This document shows positions 37,641-50,789 of a DNA stretch of 64,000 nt, piece by piece. The DNA is from Camelus ferus. Taxonomy: Eukaryota. The stretch lies in the NCBI RefSeq assembly GCF_009834535.1, contig NC_045698.1, forward strand, positions 12,464,001-12,528,000, written 5' to 3'. The notes beneath the pieces are model-generated. The model did no database searches and was not told where the DNA came from. It worked only from the letters and a program-made list of their open reading frames with translations. The position numbers were made by a program, and so were the translations under genes. Position 1 is the stretch's first letter, and the number at the start of each line of letters is the position of its first letter.

Positions 37641-38979
37641 GGAGCTGTGGGCAAGTGGGCTTCACAATGCTGTCAAACTAAAATTTTGGCTGTGCCTTTT
37701 CATTAGGGAGCCATTTCTCCAGAGAAGCCTCCAATCTTCTATGGGGTTGGAGGGTACTTTCTGGCTGCAGGAAAATACAGGCACTGAGCTCTGGGAAGTG
37801 TTTCTGGCATCCGGTTGTAGAAAATGGGCTGAGAATTCTACCATCATTGGGCCAACTCTCAGTTCATGTGCCCGCTTTCAGGTCTGTGCCTCACCTTGTT
37901 TCTGCGCTCATCAGTAACGATTAGGCTGGGGCCTCTTGGAGTTCTAGAGCGTCTTTCCAGTCAGGGCTGGGGGTCGGTGGTTTAGAGGTGGTTGCGTCGG
38001 ATGAATGGTTGGTGAGGGGATCGGTGGGGGGTACGTTCATTCTACACAGGGACTTTCATCCCCCACCCCCCGGCACTGCCCCTCTGCCTTTGGGGATCTG
38101 CCACCTCCAAGTCTTCCAAAGAATTACAGTTTAAACCGTTTTCTTTTTCATTAAAGGGACCACTTGAAGAAGTATTGTTGTGAATTGTGGAACTGTGATG
38201 CTTGATCTGGGTTGACAGAATCAGCAGGAGCTGTGGGTCAGAATCTACATGACTCAGGATGCTGGCTGTTAACAAGCAAACACTGAAAGCCGTATTAAGA
38301 ACACTAAGCGGTTACCAACTTGAAAGTCAGTTTGTACTCTTTGGAACATTAGAATGCATTCTTCCACACACATCAATGGGGTGTAAAAATAATTCTAATT
38401 TGGCACCAAATAGACTTCGCTCTGTTACTCTGCCCTAGGGCCAGTAGGGGGAGTATGTGCTTCCCTTTTCTTGATGCCAAGGACGCAAGCGGAGAGAACA
38501 AAATTGTTTACTGGAATGGACTTTAAACATCAGAATATCTTAGGTTAAGTAACTGGTTTTGATTGGATGTACTTAACAGTCAGAGAAATGTGTACCTTCT
38601 GAATAAAGAGGCGGTAAAGGCAGAGTGCCAGTGCCAGGGGAAGCAGCACTGGTTACTCAGTGAATACTCTCGAGCACATGCCATCCATCCCATGACGGCA
38701 CTTACTTATCCACACTTTCCGTCCCTCTCCATGTAGCGGACGTCTGAGTCTCTTTACTGGACTCTAAATCTCATTTTAAACAAATGATGCCAATGCCTTC
38801 TAATGCAAGTGAGATAAAGCCTACTTTTTTTTTTTATCATGAATATTGCAGGTCAAATGAATGAATGGAAACGATCAATGACTCTAATAACTTAATCTAT
38901 TGCTTAATATACATCACACCCAGGGCTAAGCATTTTATAGATATTTGTTTACTTATTCTGACAACCACCATATACGATT

Positions 38980-39375
38980 TTGTATCAGTCAATTTAGATT
39001 AAGTTATCCTGCAATAAAAAGTAGCCCCTAGATCTCAGAGGACTATGACAGCACATATTTATGTTTTATTCACATGACGTGTCCATCGTGGGGCTGTATC
39101 CCCGGGACCCAGAAGGCAGAGCAGCCTCTGCGTGGACGTTTTAGTCTCAGGTGACGGGACAGGAGAGGTGGCAAACCATAAGCTGGTTCTTAAAACTTCT
39201 GTTCACAGTCACTTCTCCCCTCCATTCAATGGCCAAAGTAAGTCCCACGGCCCCTCCTGACCTCCCTGTGTCAGGGAGGTTTTATTCTATTTCCTGGAGA
39301 CACACCTCAAATCATGTGGCCAAGTCTGATATCAGCCAGGGGGGAAGTACCATCTTGCATCCAGAAAAGCAGCAA
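38980..39375 (-). mobile_element. Old MLT1 (I/J/K-like) LTR
   Basis: 'tgtatcagtca...aagttatcctgcaataaaaa...gatctcagagg', 'tcacttctcccctccattcaatggccaaagtaagtc'. Confidence 0.65.
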
Positions 39376-41811
39376 ATATTTTGAGTAAAACAACCCATCG
39401 CAGACAAAATGAAACCAGCAAAACCAAACCAAAACATAACGTCAAGGACTTAATAAAGCAGAAATGTTAGAATCAAACCTTGTATGCCACTTTTTTTAAA
39501 ACAGAGAAAGAACTAATTTTCACCTGCATGTTATTATTTCAGGAGGTAGTTGGGAAAGGGAAAAAAAAAAGTGAAGATATTATCTTTAAGGACTAACACC
39601 AAGAGATTTCCTTACAAAAGGGCCCATCTGATGTTATTTCTACAAATTAAATTCAGGTTCTAAAAATCTAGATTTCAGACAGCTTAGGTGGTCTCAAAGG
39701 GGATCCTGTTTCACTTTGGGGAATTCTGTAATGTTTCACATTCATCACGTAACTCTGAAACTTGCCAAATGTGCGACATAGCTGAGGCAGCGTTATCGTT
39801 TTAAGAGGAAATAATTTCACATCACCAGAAGCATATTGTAAACTCTTAGGTACCTAGCCAGTCTTTGCATTTTATTTCCTTTCTCCTGTTGCATAAAGTC
39901 TTTTCTGTCAAGCAAATACTTATCAAGACACATAAGTACATACCCCCCATGCTAGAAATTTTTTTCTAGTTCATTAGAATGTTCATTAAAAAGTCACCCC
40001 TTCTCTGGGTCTAGCGTTTATCACAGTACGGCAAGTAGCCAACCAGGTGCCAGTGTTTTCTTGTACAAGCCTGCCACCTTGTGGTCACTTGGAAAACCAG
40101 ACTTGGCAAAACAAGTGCTCTGCAGTACTTTTCCTTCAATAAGTATTTTTTGACCTCCCAGTGTGTACCAAGCGGTGTCCTAGGTACTCAACTTATGACC
40201 GTTAATGAAATGGACAAGAATCTCTGCCCTCCTGGTGCTTACGTTTTAAAGGATAAAGACTTGCGTATGTAAGTTAAAATTTGGAAATGTGACCCCCTTT
40301 TATAACCTGTTAACCTAATATCCTATGGGCATGTGTGCCGTCTTCTCGATCACTTCTCCTGCTTTATGTGAGCTGCTTTAGGTCAGCTCTTCCCTGTCTT
40401 ATTCTGTGGATCCAATACCTCTTTCCCTGTCAAAGACTCAAGGACCCTGCACCTGTAATTACCCCCCTCTCCCCTATATTCTCAATCTTCCTCCCTCTCG
40501 CACATACACATGCTCCAATAGCTGACATCAAAACAAAACAAAACAAAAAACCAAAAAAGCCCTTTCCTTAATCCCAAATGCTCTCTAGCTAATGCTGCAT
40601 TTCTCTGCTTTCCATCGCAATAAAATTTTCCAAAGTTTTTAATCCCTTGTGTCCACAAGAACCTCGTCCACCTTGTTCATTGCTGAATTCTACTCCTCAG
40701 AACAGTTCCTGGCATTTAATAGGTGCTTGATAAATGTTTAGTTTGCACATGAATTCCTTTTGCAAGAATGGTGACTCCCATCAGTCTTTGGTTTCTGGGT
40801 AAACTGGTATTTGGAAAACAGAAGTAAACAAGGCATTAAATCGATGAGAATCACGCTTAGCCCTTGGGAAGATGCCTGAACCTCATGGCTTCCCAATTTG
40901 TAAAATGAGGAACTGGACTACATTGGAGATGACAATTACCTATCAGTCTTGGGGTGAGATCTAATTAGTAGTGGCATCTTGGGTACAGTATTACAAAGAA
41001 TGTTCTGGCTAGGAGAAGCCTGCTGTCATTGACTGATATGGATTGATCAGTGACAGCCACTGGTTGTGGCTGTGTACACTTGAGTCACGTGGTTTCCCTC
41101 CGCTCTGAAAGTAAAGTGATTTAAAAAGACAGAGTCTCAAAACCTTGTTGTTTCAACTGCATTTTAGATTTGAACAAAACTTAAACCTTTGAGCAGTTCT
41201 CAACATTTAATGATAGAGTAAGAATTAGACTCAACATTACAAACGATGATCTCCAGGAATAAATCTAAGATGAGTGGAAACAGATCTAACACCTACATAT
41301 TTAGCCAGAGTTCATCTGATGTCTTATAGCATCAAGGAAAGGCCTTTTACTGTATATTAAAAATGTTCCTTTCAGAAAAATGTCCTGCACTGTCTGCTGT
41401 TTATTATGCCTAGTATTTTATTTCCCTGTAAGATGTGTTATCTTCTCTTCTCTTAAGTTGGCTGGATTCATTTGCTTTCTTTGCTCCATCTTGCTTCTTT
41501 ATGAGGAGGTAATTCCAGGCCAGACTGACAAATATTTCAAGCTATATTTCAATTACAGGGACAATACATGTGAAATTAATGAGATTAAGACACAATACAC
41601 CTCAGAAGGGAGGGTAAGCCCTTTTAAATGGAAATCGGGATTAAATGGAAATTTTCATCACTTTACAGTTCAGTTAGTTATAAATGTTTTGAGTGGATTA
41701 AAAAGCCATCTGAATGGATATGAAGACTTAAAAGAATGTGTGGAGTTATCTTAGTGAAAAGAAAAGACAGTGACTGGAGATCTTAGCAGGAAGAAATTCT
41801 TAATGACCTAG

Positions 41812-42015
41812 ATCAGGTTGGGTAAATTGTAGCCCTTGGGTCAAAGCTGACTGCCAACATGTTTTTGTAAATAAAGTTTATTGGAACACGGCCCTATCCA
41901 TTTGTTTTTATGTTGTACGTGGTTGCTTTCCTGTGACAATGGCAGAGTCCCCAGTGGCAGACAGAAATCTCGTGGCTTGCAAAACCTAAAATATTTAGTA
42001 TTTGGCTCTTTCTAG
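41812..42015. mobile_element. MER58A-like hAT-Charlie element
   Basis: 'tgtttttgtaaataaagtttattggaacacggcc', 'gcaaaacctaaaatatttagtatttggctcttt'. Confidence 0.85.
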
Positions 42016-44555
42016 AGTATGAGTTTCTCCATTAGATTTTATATTTTTGAAGGGAAGGATTCTAAGTTTAACCTTGGTTTTTAATTTCTCTTAAAAAAAT
42101 ATCAATCCCTTTAAGATGATCAGTTAACAACAACTTTAAGAAACATAGTATAAAACATAAATTGATGCAGTGGGTGGCATTTTCTATCAGTAGTTACCTG
42201 TGTCCTTTAAGCCAACTCTGTTTTTCTTTGCTCTCAGAGAAAGTTCTGTACCTTCTGCTTCCCCATCCTCAGCTGGGCTCTGCAGGGTGTCCCACCAAGA
42301 AGGGCGCTCTGCACAGCAGGACATCAGGGCCATGACCTTCCAGCCTGGATGCTTCCCAGGAGCCACTTAAGGCATCTTTGAGTCCATCCAGTTGGTTGGT
42401 TGGTTGGTTGGTAACAACTGCCCTCAAGAGTCTTCCTTCCTGGTCCAGGCTGCCTCTTCCAGCCTCTGGAGCAATTTCCAGGCCCTTGGGAAGATTTTAA
42501 GCAGCTGCCAACAAGATGTAAGGTGTCTGTCGCTTGCCAGACTCCCAGGGCACCCCTTCAGGAAGAAATGGGGGTGCCCTCTATTTCAGCCAAAATATAA
42601 GCCAAGGTCTTAAGTTTAAAAGAAAACCTTAAAATACAAATATTTCTTATTATTTTTCTGCTAACACAATACTCAAGTCAATTCTTGTGCTGCAGTGTTT
42701 GCTTAAAGTTCACATCAAAATGCCTGGCTTTTAGTAAGAAGCAGCTAAGCGAGAGGGGAGGATAATTCCCTGATGGCCACCCTGAAGTCTCCTAGGAGCC
42801 TGGAGTCCCAGGTTGAAAACTTCTGCCTGAGACTGAAGTGCAGAGGTGGCATCACCGCCTGGGGTGAGGGTGGACACATATTCTGAACAGACCTCGCTCC
42901 CTTAATGGACAGTGTGCACAGTCCAGGGAGAGGGTTCCTGCTTCCTTCCTGCACCCTCCATCCACTCGGAGAATCTTCCTGTGTGCTCCAGCACAAAGAT
43001 GCTGGTCTGGACCACATTATTTTTACTCTTTTCATACAGATACTTCAGCAGAATTATACTAAGATGGTTTCTGCAGTTTGCAGGTTGATATAATAAATTA
43101 CCTCATGAGAGAATTTCCTTATCTCCAGTAAAAATCATTATCGAAAAATTATTTTTAAGAAAAACAGTATCTTTTACATAAAGGGATATAGAGATATGTT
43201 CTCCTTAAAGTTGATTGCTGGGAAGAGTTGCCCCTTCTGACGCACCTGAAATGTTTTCTGTTATGAGAAATATCAATACACCATAATATTTCGATTTTTT
43301 TTCCTCTTGGCTGCCAGGAAGCTTAGAGTTAAATTCTTTGTGCAAACAGAGTGTCATACTTCAGGTTTTCCGTCAGAACTATCTGTGCCCTCCTGTCTTC
43401 CCTGATTCGGTCCTTAACTCTAATTTTTTTATTCCTTCCTTAATGGTCCTGTTGGTGGTGCTATAAAACCAGCTTCTTTAAGACACATTTTCTGAATGTG
43501 TTTTCTGAATTGGCTGAAGGCCTTAAATCCATTTTCTTATATAATTTTCAGAACAACTCAGTGAAGCTGGTAATTTTCCCATTTTCTAGATGAAACCACT
43601 AAGGTTAAAAGGCAGGGAGGATTGTGTTCAAACTCATAATTCTAGAAAGCGGAGGCAAAGTTAGGATTTGAAACCATTACCGTCTAAAAACTGAGCTTGT
43701 CAGCTCAGCCCCTGAGATGGACAGTTTCCCCAAGTCATACTGCGGTGGAGTTCAACAGATGTAAAGATGGGATCAATTTTTCCATGGACGAAATGATCAC
43801 AAGGATGAACAGTGAGAAGACTTTAATCTACAGAGTTGATAGTAACTTTTTCATAGGAGACTGAGACTGTTACACCAGATTAAATCCAAGCAGTGAACCA
43901 ACACTGGAAAGACAGCATCTAATCCTGTTGGTAATTGAATATATGCAACTTAAAACGTTGATGGATGGATCTCATTTCTAGAAACTGAAACTGAGGAAAT
44001 ATTTTAAAAGATGAGAACTATGTGTTTGAAGCTGTCATCGCAGGATTATCAGGAGTAAAAGCCAGAAAGGAGACAATAATTGTCTTCAATAGAAGATAAA
44101 ATGCTTAAGTGACTTTGATTTAGCAGCAATGACGCTCTAGATGCCCACTCAAATACACCGAGGAAGACATAAAACACAATGTTTCACAGAAATCAGAACT
44201 TTGTGTTGATTATGGGTTCATTAACCAAAAAGTAAGTTAATATCTGATGGAGTAGCAGGGACTAACTTTAGGCTAAAATCTTCTTGTTTCTGCAATCATC
44301 TCAAAAGCTTGGGATGCGGGCTGGGGTGGTCTCTTGCATTAGAAGTGGGTTGGATTAGGACCAAAAGGGAAGTGCCAGGGCTTCGACACATTCTTCATCC
44401 AAACTGAGCCACTAATTTAAAGGTGAAGAAGCAAAAAGATGCAAGAAGCAGAAGCGTAGTGTTAAAATACCGGGTGCTCGAGAGGCAGTTTCCACATAGG
44501 GACTGCCTAGCCCAGAGCCGGTTTCTGGAGCAATGTACCAAATGATATATATTCT

Positions 44556-44726
44556 TTTAAAAAAAATATTATATTTTTTTATTTACTATTATATCATTTT
44601 ATTTTACTTTATCTTGGTGGGGGGAGGTAATTAGGTTTATTTATTTTTAGAGGAGGTACTGGGGATTGAACCCAGGACCTCAAGCAGGGTAAGCATTGCT
44701 CTACCACTGGAGCTATACCCTCCCCT
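44556..44726 (-). mobile_element. tRNA-derived SINE (Vic-1-like) with TSD
   Basis: 'ggaggtactggggattgaacccaggacctc..ctctaccactggagctataccctcccc'; flanking repeats ccaaatgatatatattct (44538-44555) and ccaaatgatatattct (44727-44742). Confidence 0.88.
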
Positions 44727-46393
44727 CCAAATGATATATTCTGATTCCCAAAGTAATGAGTGGTTATTGCAAAAACATTCATTCAACATAGAACTTCAGA
44801 ACATGGTATTAGAAAGCTGAGCAACCCTCCACCCACCTCTGAAATGACACCGATTCCCAGTGAGAGCTACTATTAGCAGTTTGGGCTGCAGTCCTGCAGA
44901 TATTTCCCATGTATTTATTTATAATGTAACATAAGGACAATCATACTCTCTATATTGTTCAGCAGCTTACTTTAGGCACCTTAGAAGCTGTTTTTGACAT
45001 CTTTCCTTTTGTTTGACTTTGATCAGATGAATATTTTAATCACTACAATGAAACTGCTTTTCTTTTTTGTTTCCTGTCCTCCAGGAATGCTGATGTTTTA
45101 AGACAGGAACCACGATTTTCTAGTTGTGTTCAATACCCTGGTCCACCACTGTGATGGTCTGCCTCATTGTCACAGATGGTTCCCCTTAAAACTACTGACA
45201 CCATAGCTGGTTTTTTTTGTTTTTTTTTTTTGAGGGGGGGGTGTTTCTTTGTTTTTGGATATCCTCAACTATTTATGCCAGTTTTTTCCTTAATATATTT
45301 TAAGCCTGGCTCTCTCATTTCTGACTATACTTTTTTATGTTTGGGGAGAAGTCATTCTTTCTGACACTGAATTGGACTTATCTGAGTAGGGGATTCCTGG
45401 TCTTGAGAAGCAAGAGGATCACAGCATCTGACCGAGAGACTTAGGGAGTCTGTCCAAAGGGCGGAGTTAGGTTGCTGTTGGAATTTGACAGTATTTGCAC
45501 TTGGAGAAGTCGGCAAAGCTGCATCCCTTAATTTACAGCCCAAATGCACATCCTCAGCGGTCTCTTTGGCAACTAGCTTTTGCACTCACCAGTTTGTTTT
45601 GGCCACCATTCCTTGCACTGCAGTTAAAGTAAAAATATTTTCATGACCAGTAGGGTCTGATCAGAGAGCAGGAGCTGGTGGTAACAAGGAGCGGGGCTGG
45701 ACTTAAGGTTCACACTATTTAACGCTGGAACCTCGGTAGTCTCGTTTACCCAAAAGGGAAGCCACGTGAAAAACTGCTCTACAACATTCTTTATGCCATT
45801 GTAAAGTAACTTGTTATTTGAAGGGTTTAACCGGTGATTATGGGGGAAGGGTAGCCAAGGAATTAAGGACTATTTTCCCAAGACTAAAGTCCCTCTGTTC
45901 TAATCCCCTGCCCTGTGTCTGTAGAAACAGGCAGGCACTGCCTGAAAAAAGCCCTCAATGGTTAGTGAGGCAAATGTCCCTGGATCACCGGTTTTATGTA
46001 TTTTCTTCATAGAAAATGTGATGAGTTGAAAAATTGCTTTGAGATTGAAAGGATTGATGGGGGTGGGATTGTGGGCGGGATTCTGGACTATGAAAGGGAG
46101 AAGGCAGTTGGGAATGAGAACTGTTTAGGTAGGGTATAATGTTGTGTTTTATCCATTTTTTATCGTGGGCAAAAATGTTCCCAGTGTGGTGCTCAGGCCA
46201 GGTTGCTCCTTCCACTTCAAATCCAAGGTTTCATGGTAAATACACAATTCCTTAGGCTTCCCAGCTATCCTGTTACAGGACATACCCAGGAGGGTGAACT
46301 AGGGGACCTGCCGTTAAGCTGTTTTTTTCCAGTCACCCAGCGTGGAGTGACAGAGTGGAATTCAGAATCCCTGATGGGAACCTTGGCCATTGC

Positions 46394-46409
46394 TCTGCAA
46401 GGGGGCGCC
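46394..46409 (+). promoter_or_regulatory. Candidate CTCF site
   Basis: TCTGCAAGGGGGCGCC resembles the CTCF core. Confidence 0.45.
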
Positions 46410-46624
46410 TAAATTTGTGTTCTAGTCCAGCTAGATGGCAAGAAGGGCTCAGGGTGCAACTCAGTCCCTGCTAAAAGGAAAATCACTGTGAAATCTTTGC
46501 ACCTCCAGACCTGCTACTTGCTGCAGACACCGTGTACCATGGCAAGAAGCAGTCCCCCATGCAGCGTGTGCTCTTCCCAAAAAAAAAGAATCAGGTCTTT
46601 TCCAGCCTCATGCTCTTTCAAACC

Positions 46625-46833
46625 ACGGGATTCTCAACCTCCTCATATTGACATGTTGGGATGGATAATTGCCCATTGTGGGGCTGTTCTGCATGTAGGA
46701 TGTTTAACAGCAAACCTGATCTTTACCCATGAGATGCCAGAGCACTTATCCGCCTTATACTCCCTTCCCCCAAAGCCTCCAGATACTCCCACAGTCCTCT
46801 GGGGAGCAGAAGAGCCCCTGCTTGAGACCGACT
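46625..46833. mobile_element. MER20-like hAT-Charlie element
   Basis: 'ttctcaacct..attgacatgttgggatggataatt..ttgtggggctgttctgcatgtaggatgtttaacagca' ... 'ttgagaccgactg'. Confidence 0.75.
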
Positions 46834-48639
46834 GATTGAAACAAAGGAAGCCCTTTCACTGGGCTATGTGAAGGGTGAGGTTGTAATAATGGTGCTGGGG
46901 GCAGGGGATAGAAAGGGAGAAGGATGCGATACATATACAGATTTCAATATTTTCCTTGGATTAAAAATGATTAATATTCTTAAGAAAGAAAAGCTGTCTA
47001 CTTTTCTACGTAATATTGGCTGTTTGGTCTTTCGCTTGATTTGTAGAAGAGATCTTGTGATCAAATTACAGCAGTTCAGTCCTCCACCCAATACTTAGCC
47101 GTCGAGCTGAACTGATCAAATTCCCTACATGGGTGTCTGAGGGCTCGCGTTAATTCAGTGGCCTTGAACGGGAGCCAGTCAAAAAGATGTCAAGCAGAGG
47201 TGGCTGGAGTGACACGGGGTGACACTACTGTCACTGTGCTTTTTGCTTCATTCATGTTGGTCTACATGTTTTACTTGGGACCTGAATTCCCTTTTTACTG
47301 TTTAGGAGGAAAGGATGGGGAACTGAGGAAGATGCTAAACCTTGGTGGGTGATATGAGAGGTACCAAGAGGGGAGTTATGGGTGAGGTTTGGAGGTGAGA
47401 TGAGATGAGGTCGATGTAATCATCTATTGTACGCGTCTCAACTGACCATAGATACGATTTGAAAAGCTAAGCACATGTTGAAGTTGTCATAAACCTACTA
47501 ATTTAGGTGCCAATGAGTCCATGACATTGCAAGCAATTCTATGGCAAATCCTTTAGCAAAAATCAGTCATCACTGAATCATTTATCTTTTTGATGAATAT
47601 TTTCATAATGCAGGTTATGCTTCACTGAAGCAAAATGTGTAGGCAATTGAAGATGACAGTGGAATTCATTTTACAACCCAGGAAGTCTAGCTTTGTTTAT
47701 TAAAGAATTATTCATTCCTTTTGGAGAGTAAAGCCATTTTTATTTTCATGACTGTAATGTTGAAAGGTAATTAAATTTGTCATAAATTGCACCTTTAACA
47801 TAGACTCCCAAGTTCATTAGTCTGTAATCTAAACAGCTAGTGACATCCACAATAGTTAATATTAAAAATTTTCTAAACTCCAGAGCTTTAAATGCTTATT
47901 CATTAATTCCCTAAGTATGTGTTGAAAAAAAAAAAAAACTTTCAAGAGCATGCAAATTAAAAATGAAGATGTTAGATGAACAATTAAAAATGAGACTAAA
48001 AACATCACCAAATTGGATTTTACATAGTAATGTGTTGAGATATAATATTTTGGGTACCATTTGATGTATAACTATAAATTCTGGAAAAGCTTCCATTCTT
48101 AGGATTAATAGCACTATGAGCCAGTTACATCATTATGTCATTAAAGAATTCTTTTAAAAAATCTTTTAAATGAACAACTAAATCTGATGGAAGACAAAAC
48201 TGAGGAGACCTGCAGTCTCATTGGTGTAAGCTTTTGCCTCCCATTTCTGTGGCAACCTGTGATCCGTATTCCAATCACACCTTTAAAAGGCTTGCTTTCT
48301 CCATCATGAAAATTTAGCTGGAAGCACTGAAAGTACCAAATTATAATTTTTATGTTTTTTTTCAAAAATCAGAAAAAGAGAAGATAGAACTGAGATAACA
48401 TCCAGAGATTTATCATGGAACCACAATAGGAACATATGTTTACGAATTTTAAGATAAGTTTACATGCCTGGAAGATCACAGGGACAAAAACTGAATGCTA
48501 AATGAGACAGCTACACAGATATTCCATAACAAGTACACTCAATAAATGCTTTGAGCATAAAATTGCTAATGCTTATTCAATTTAATAAGTTAAAGACTTA
48601 GACACTTGCTCACAACAATTAAACAAAAATTTAGAGCCC

Positions 48640-48868
48640 AATAGTTTTCAACCTGGAGTGATTTTTGCCTCCCAGGGCACATTTGGCAATGTCTGGAGAC
48701 ATTTTGGTTGTCACAACTGGTGATGGTGGTGATGGTCGTATGTGTTACTGGTAACTAGTGGACGGATGGAGGCCAATAATGATGCTGAACAGACTACAGT
48801 CCACTGGGCAGGTCCATCCCCCCGACAACAGAAAATTATCTGCCCCAAACAGGAGGGTGAGAACTACA
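48640..48868. mobile_element. MER20 hAT-Charlie element
   Basis: 'gatttttgcctcccagggcacatttggcaatgtctggagacattttggttgtcacaactgg'. Confidence 0.88.
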
Positions 48869-49515
48869 TCTAGCTTCATGGAGGGTGTGCTGGAATGAGG
48901 GTCAATTAATACTGACCATATTAAATTGTTGAATATTTATGTTCAAATAAATTAAAAGCTTTAGAAGGTAACCCTAGTTGTAATTTGCTTCCCTGTTCTT
49001 ATGCCATGTTTCTCTTATACCATATTCTTTGTTCTTTCATTTCAATGGCAGAAAGACAAAAGAAGAAATGAAAAAGACAGCAAAATTCCTCTGCCCCTGG
49101 CTTTAACATGTGAACATTTCCAGCCTGCATTGCCTTTGTCTAATTTAGTGTGGTTCATATAAACTGTCAACACCTGTGCAGTCCAGGAGTCTGTTCCGCT
49201 GCAAAACCTCTAGCGTAGTATGGGGTCTTCACGGCCACCCAGATTCATTTAAAATAGTAATTAAATTCTGGTAAGTTTTTTCCTATTAATTGAAAATGGA
49301 CTTACCTTTCCCCAGCTGAATGCAGATGCAATTGCCTTTGGAGTCTGCCTCTCTAAATATGGTTACATTTTGTCACCCTGATTTTGGATAATATTCCTGC
49401 TCTCAAATCCACGCCCAGGTCAGGAGGGCAGAACCATCCTGGAGAACCAGCAGCTCCATCCTTTTTTTTTTTTTTCTTTGCTGAGATGTAGGCGACCATG
49501 AAAGTAATCCAGACA

Positions 49516-49530
49516 CAGCCAGAGGGCGCC
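49516..49530 (+). promoter_or_regulatory. Candidate CTCF site at the upstream edge of the CpG island
   Basis: CAGCCAGAGGGCGCC resembles the CTCF core. Confidence 0.4.
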
Positions 49531-50789
49531 CAAATGCCGCAAATGAGAGTTCCAAAGGTTCAGATGGGTTTTGCGGGAAGGTAAAATTGGCTTTTGTTTA
49601 GTGAAAGAGTTACCGTTGTAAGCGATGTCATATTACGTTATTATTATCTTTGCATTTGCTTGCCAACGGATAAGCAAGGTGAGCATATCTGCCCACCCGG
49701 GTGGTTATTTCTTATCTCGGTATTAAACAAAGTCCCAGGCCCCCGGGACACCCTGACACACCGCAGTTGGCCACGGTTTTGATCTGTGCGTCTCTGAGCG
49801 GCACTGTGCGGGTTGCCTCGGCTAACTCAGTCTTCCTGAGAGCTGGCTGCCATCAAAAACCGACGGTTCCTTTCCCAGGGCTCTTGTCTTCACTCCCTCC
49901 TCTCCCAAGTCCCGAGAGCACCCTCGCAGGGGCAACGCCGCTCGCCTGGACAGCTGGAACTTAGCGCCGCGCTCGCCCAAAGCCGCAGCTTTCGCGGCTC
50001 AGCCCAGCGAGTGCGGGAGCCGCCAGCCCAGCGCGCTTGGTCCCCCCGGGGGCGCCGCCCAGACGCGTCTACCGTTGGAGGCCACCCTCAAACCCGCGGG
50101 CATCTGTCCTGACGGGTTGAGGGGAGCTAGCAGGTCACCCCCCACCTCACTGCCTGCCCGGGTATCGGAATCTCAGCCAGACGTCTCGAGCGGCCGGACT
50201 GGGATGCTGAGACAGGTAGCAGGTGGCAGGGGGCGTCATTCATCACCTCCAGGCAGCCCTCTGAGTGTGAGCGAGAGCCCGAGCACTTCTTTTCCAACCG
50301 TTCCAGAGAGGGAGAAAGGGAGAGAGAGAGGCAGAAAGAGAGAGAGAAAGTGCCTGTGGACAGCCCCGCCGCGCGGCGGGGGAGGGGAGACGACGAGGGC
50401 TGGGGGCAAGCTGCTGGAGAGGAATGGAGGAGAGGTGGGGAGGGTGTGGGAAACAGGCATTCAAGGCTGATGTAGAGAGGCAGGAGGGGCACAGGGATGA
50501 AGGGAAGGGGAGAGCGAAAGGAGAGGACAATCCCTTTGGAGAAGGGGGTGGGGGGGACCCGGGATGGAGGGAAGGAGATGTAAGGAGAGAGAAGGGCTGG
50601 AGGGGATTGAACGGAGGCGGGCGGGGCACCAGGACTGCGGGGAGTTGAGGGGAGGCGGGCGGGGCACCGGGATGGAGGGGAGGGGGAGGGGAGGGGAGGG
50701 GAGGGGAGGGAGGCGGGCGGGGTGAGCGAGAGGAGGGAGGCTGGGCGGACGGACGCGCCGGGGGAGGGCGCTGGGCAGGAAGGGGAGGG

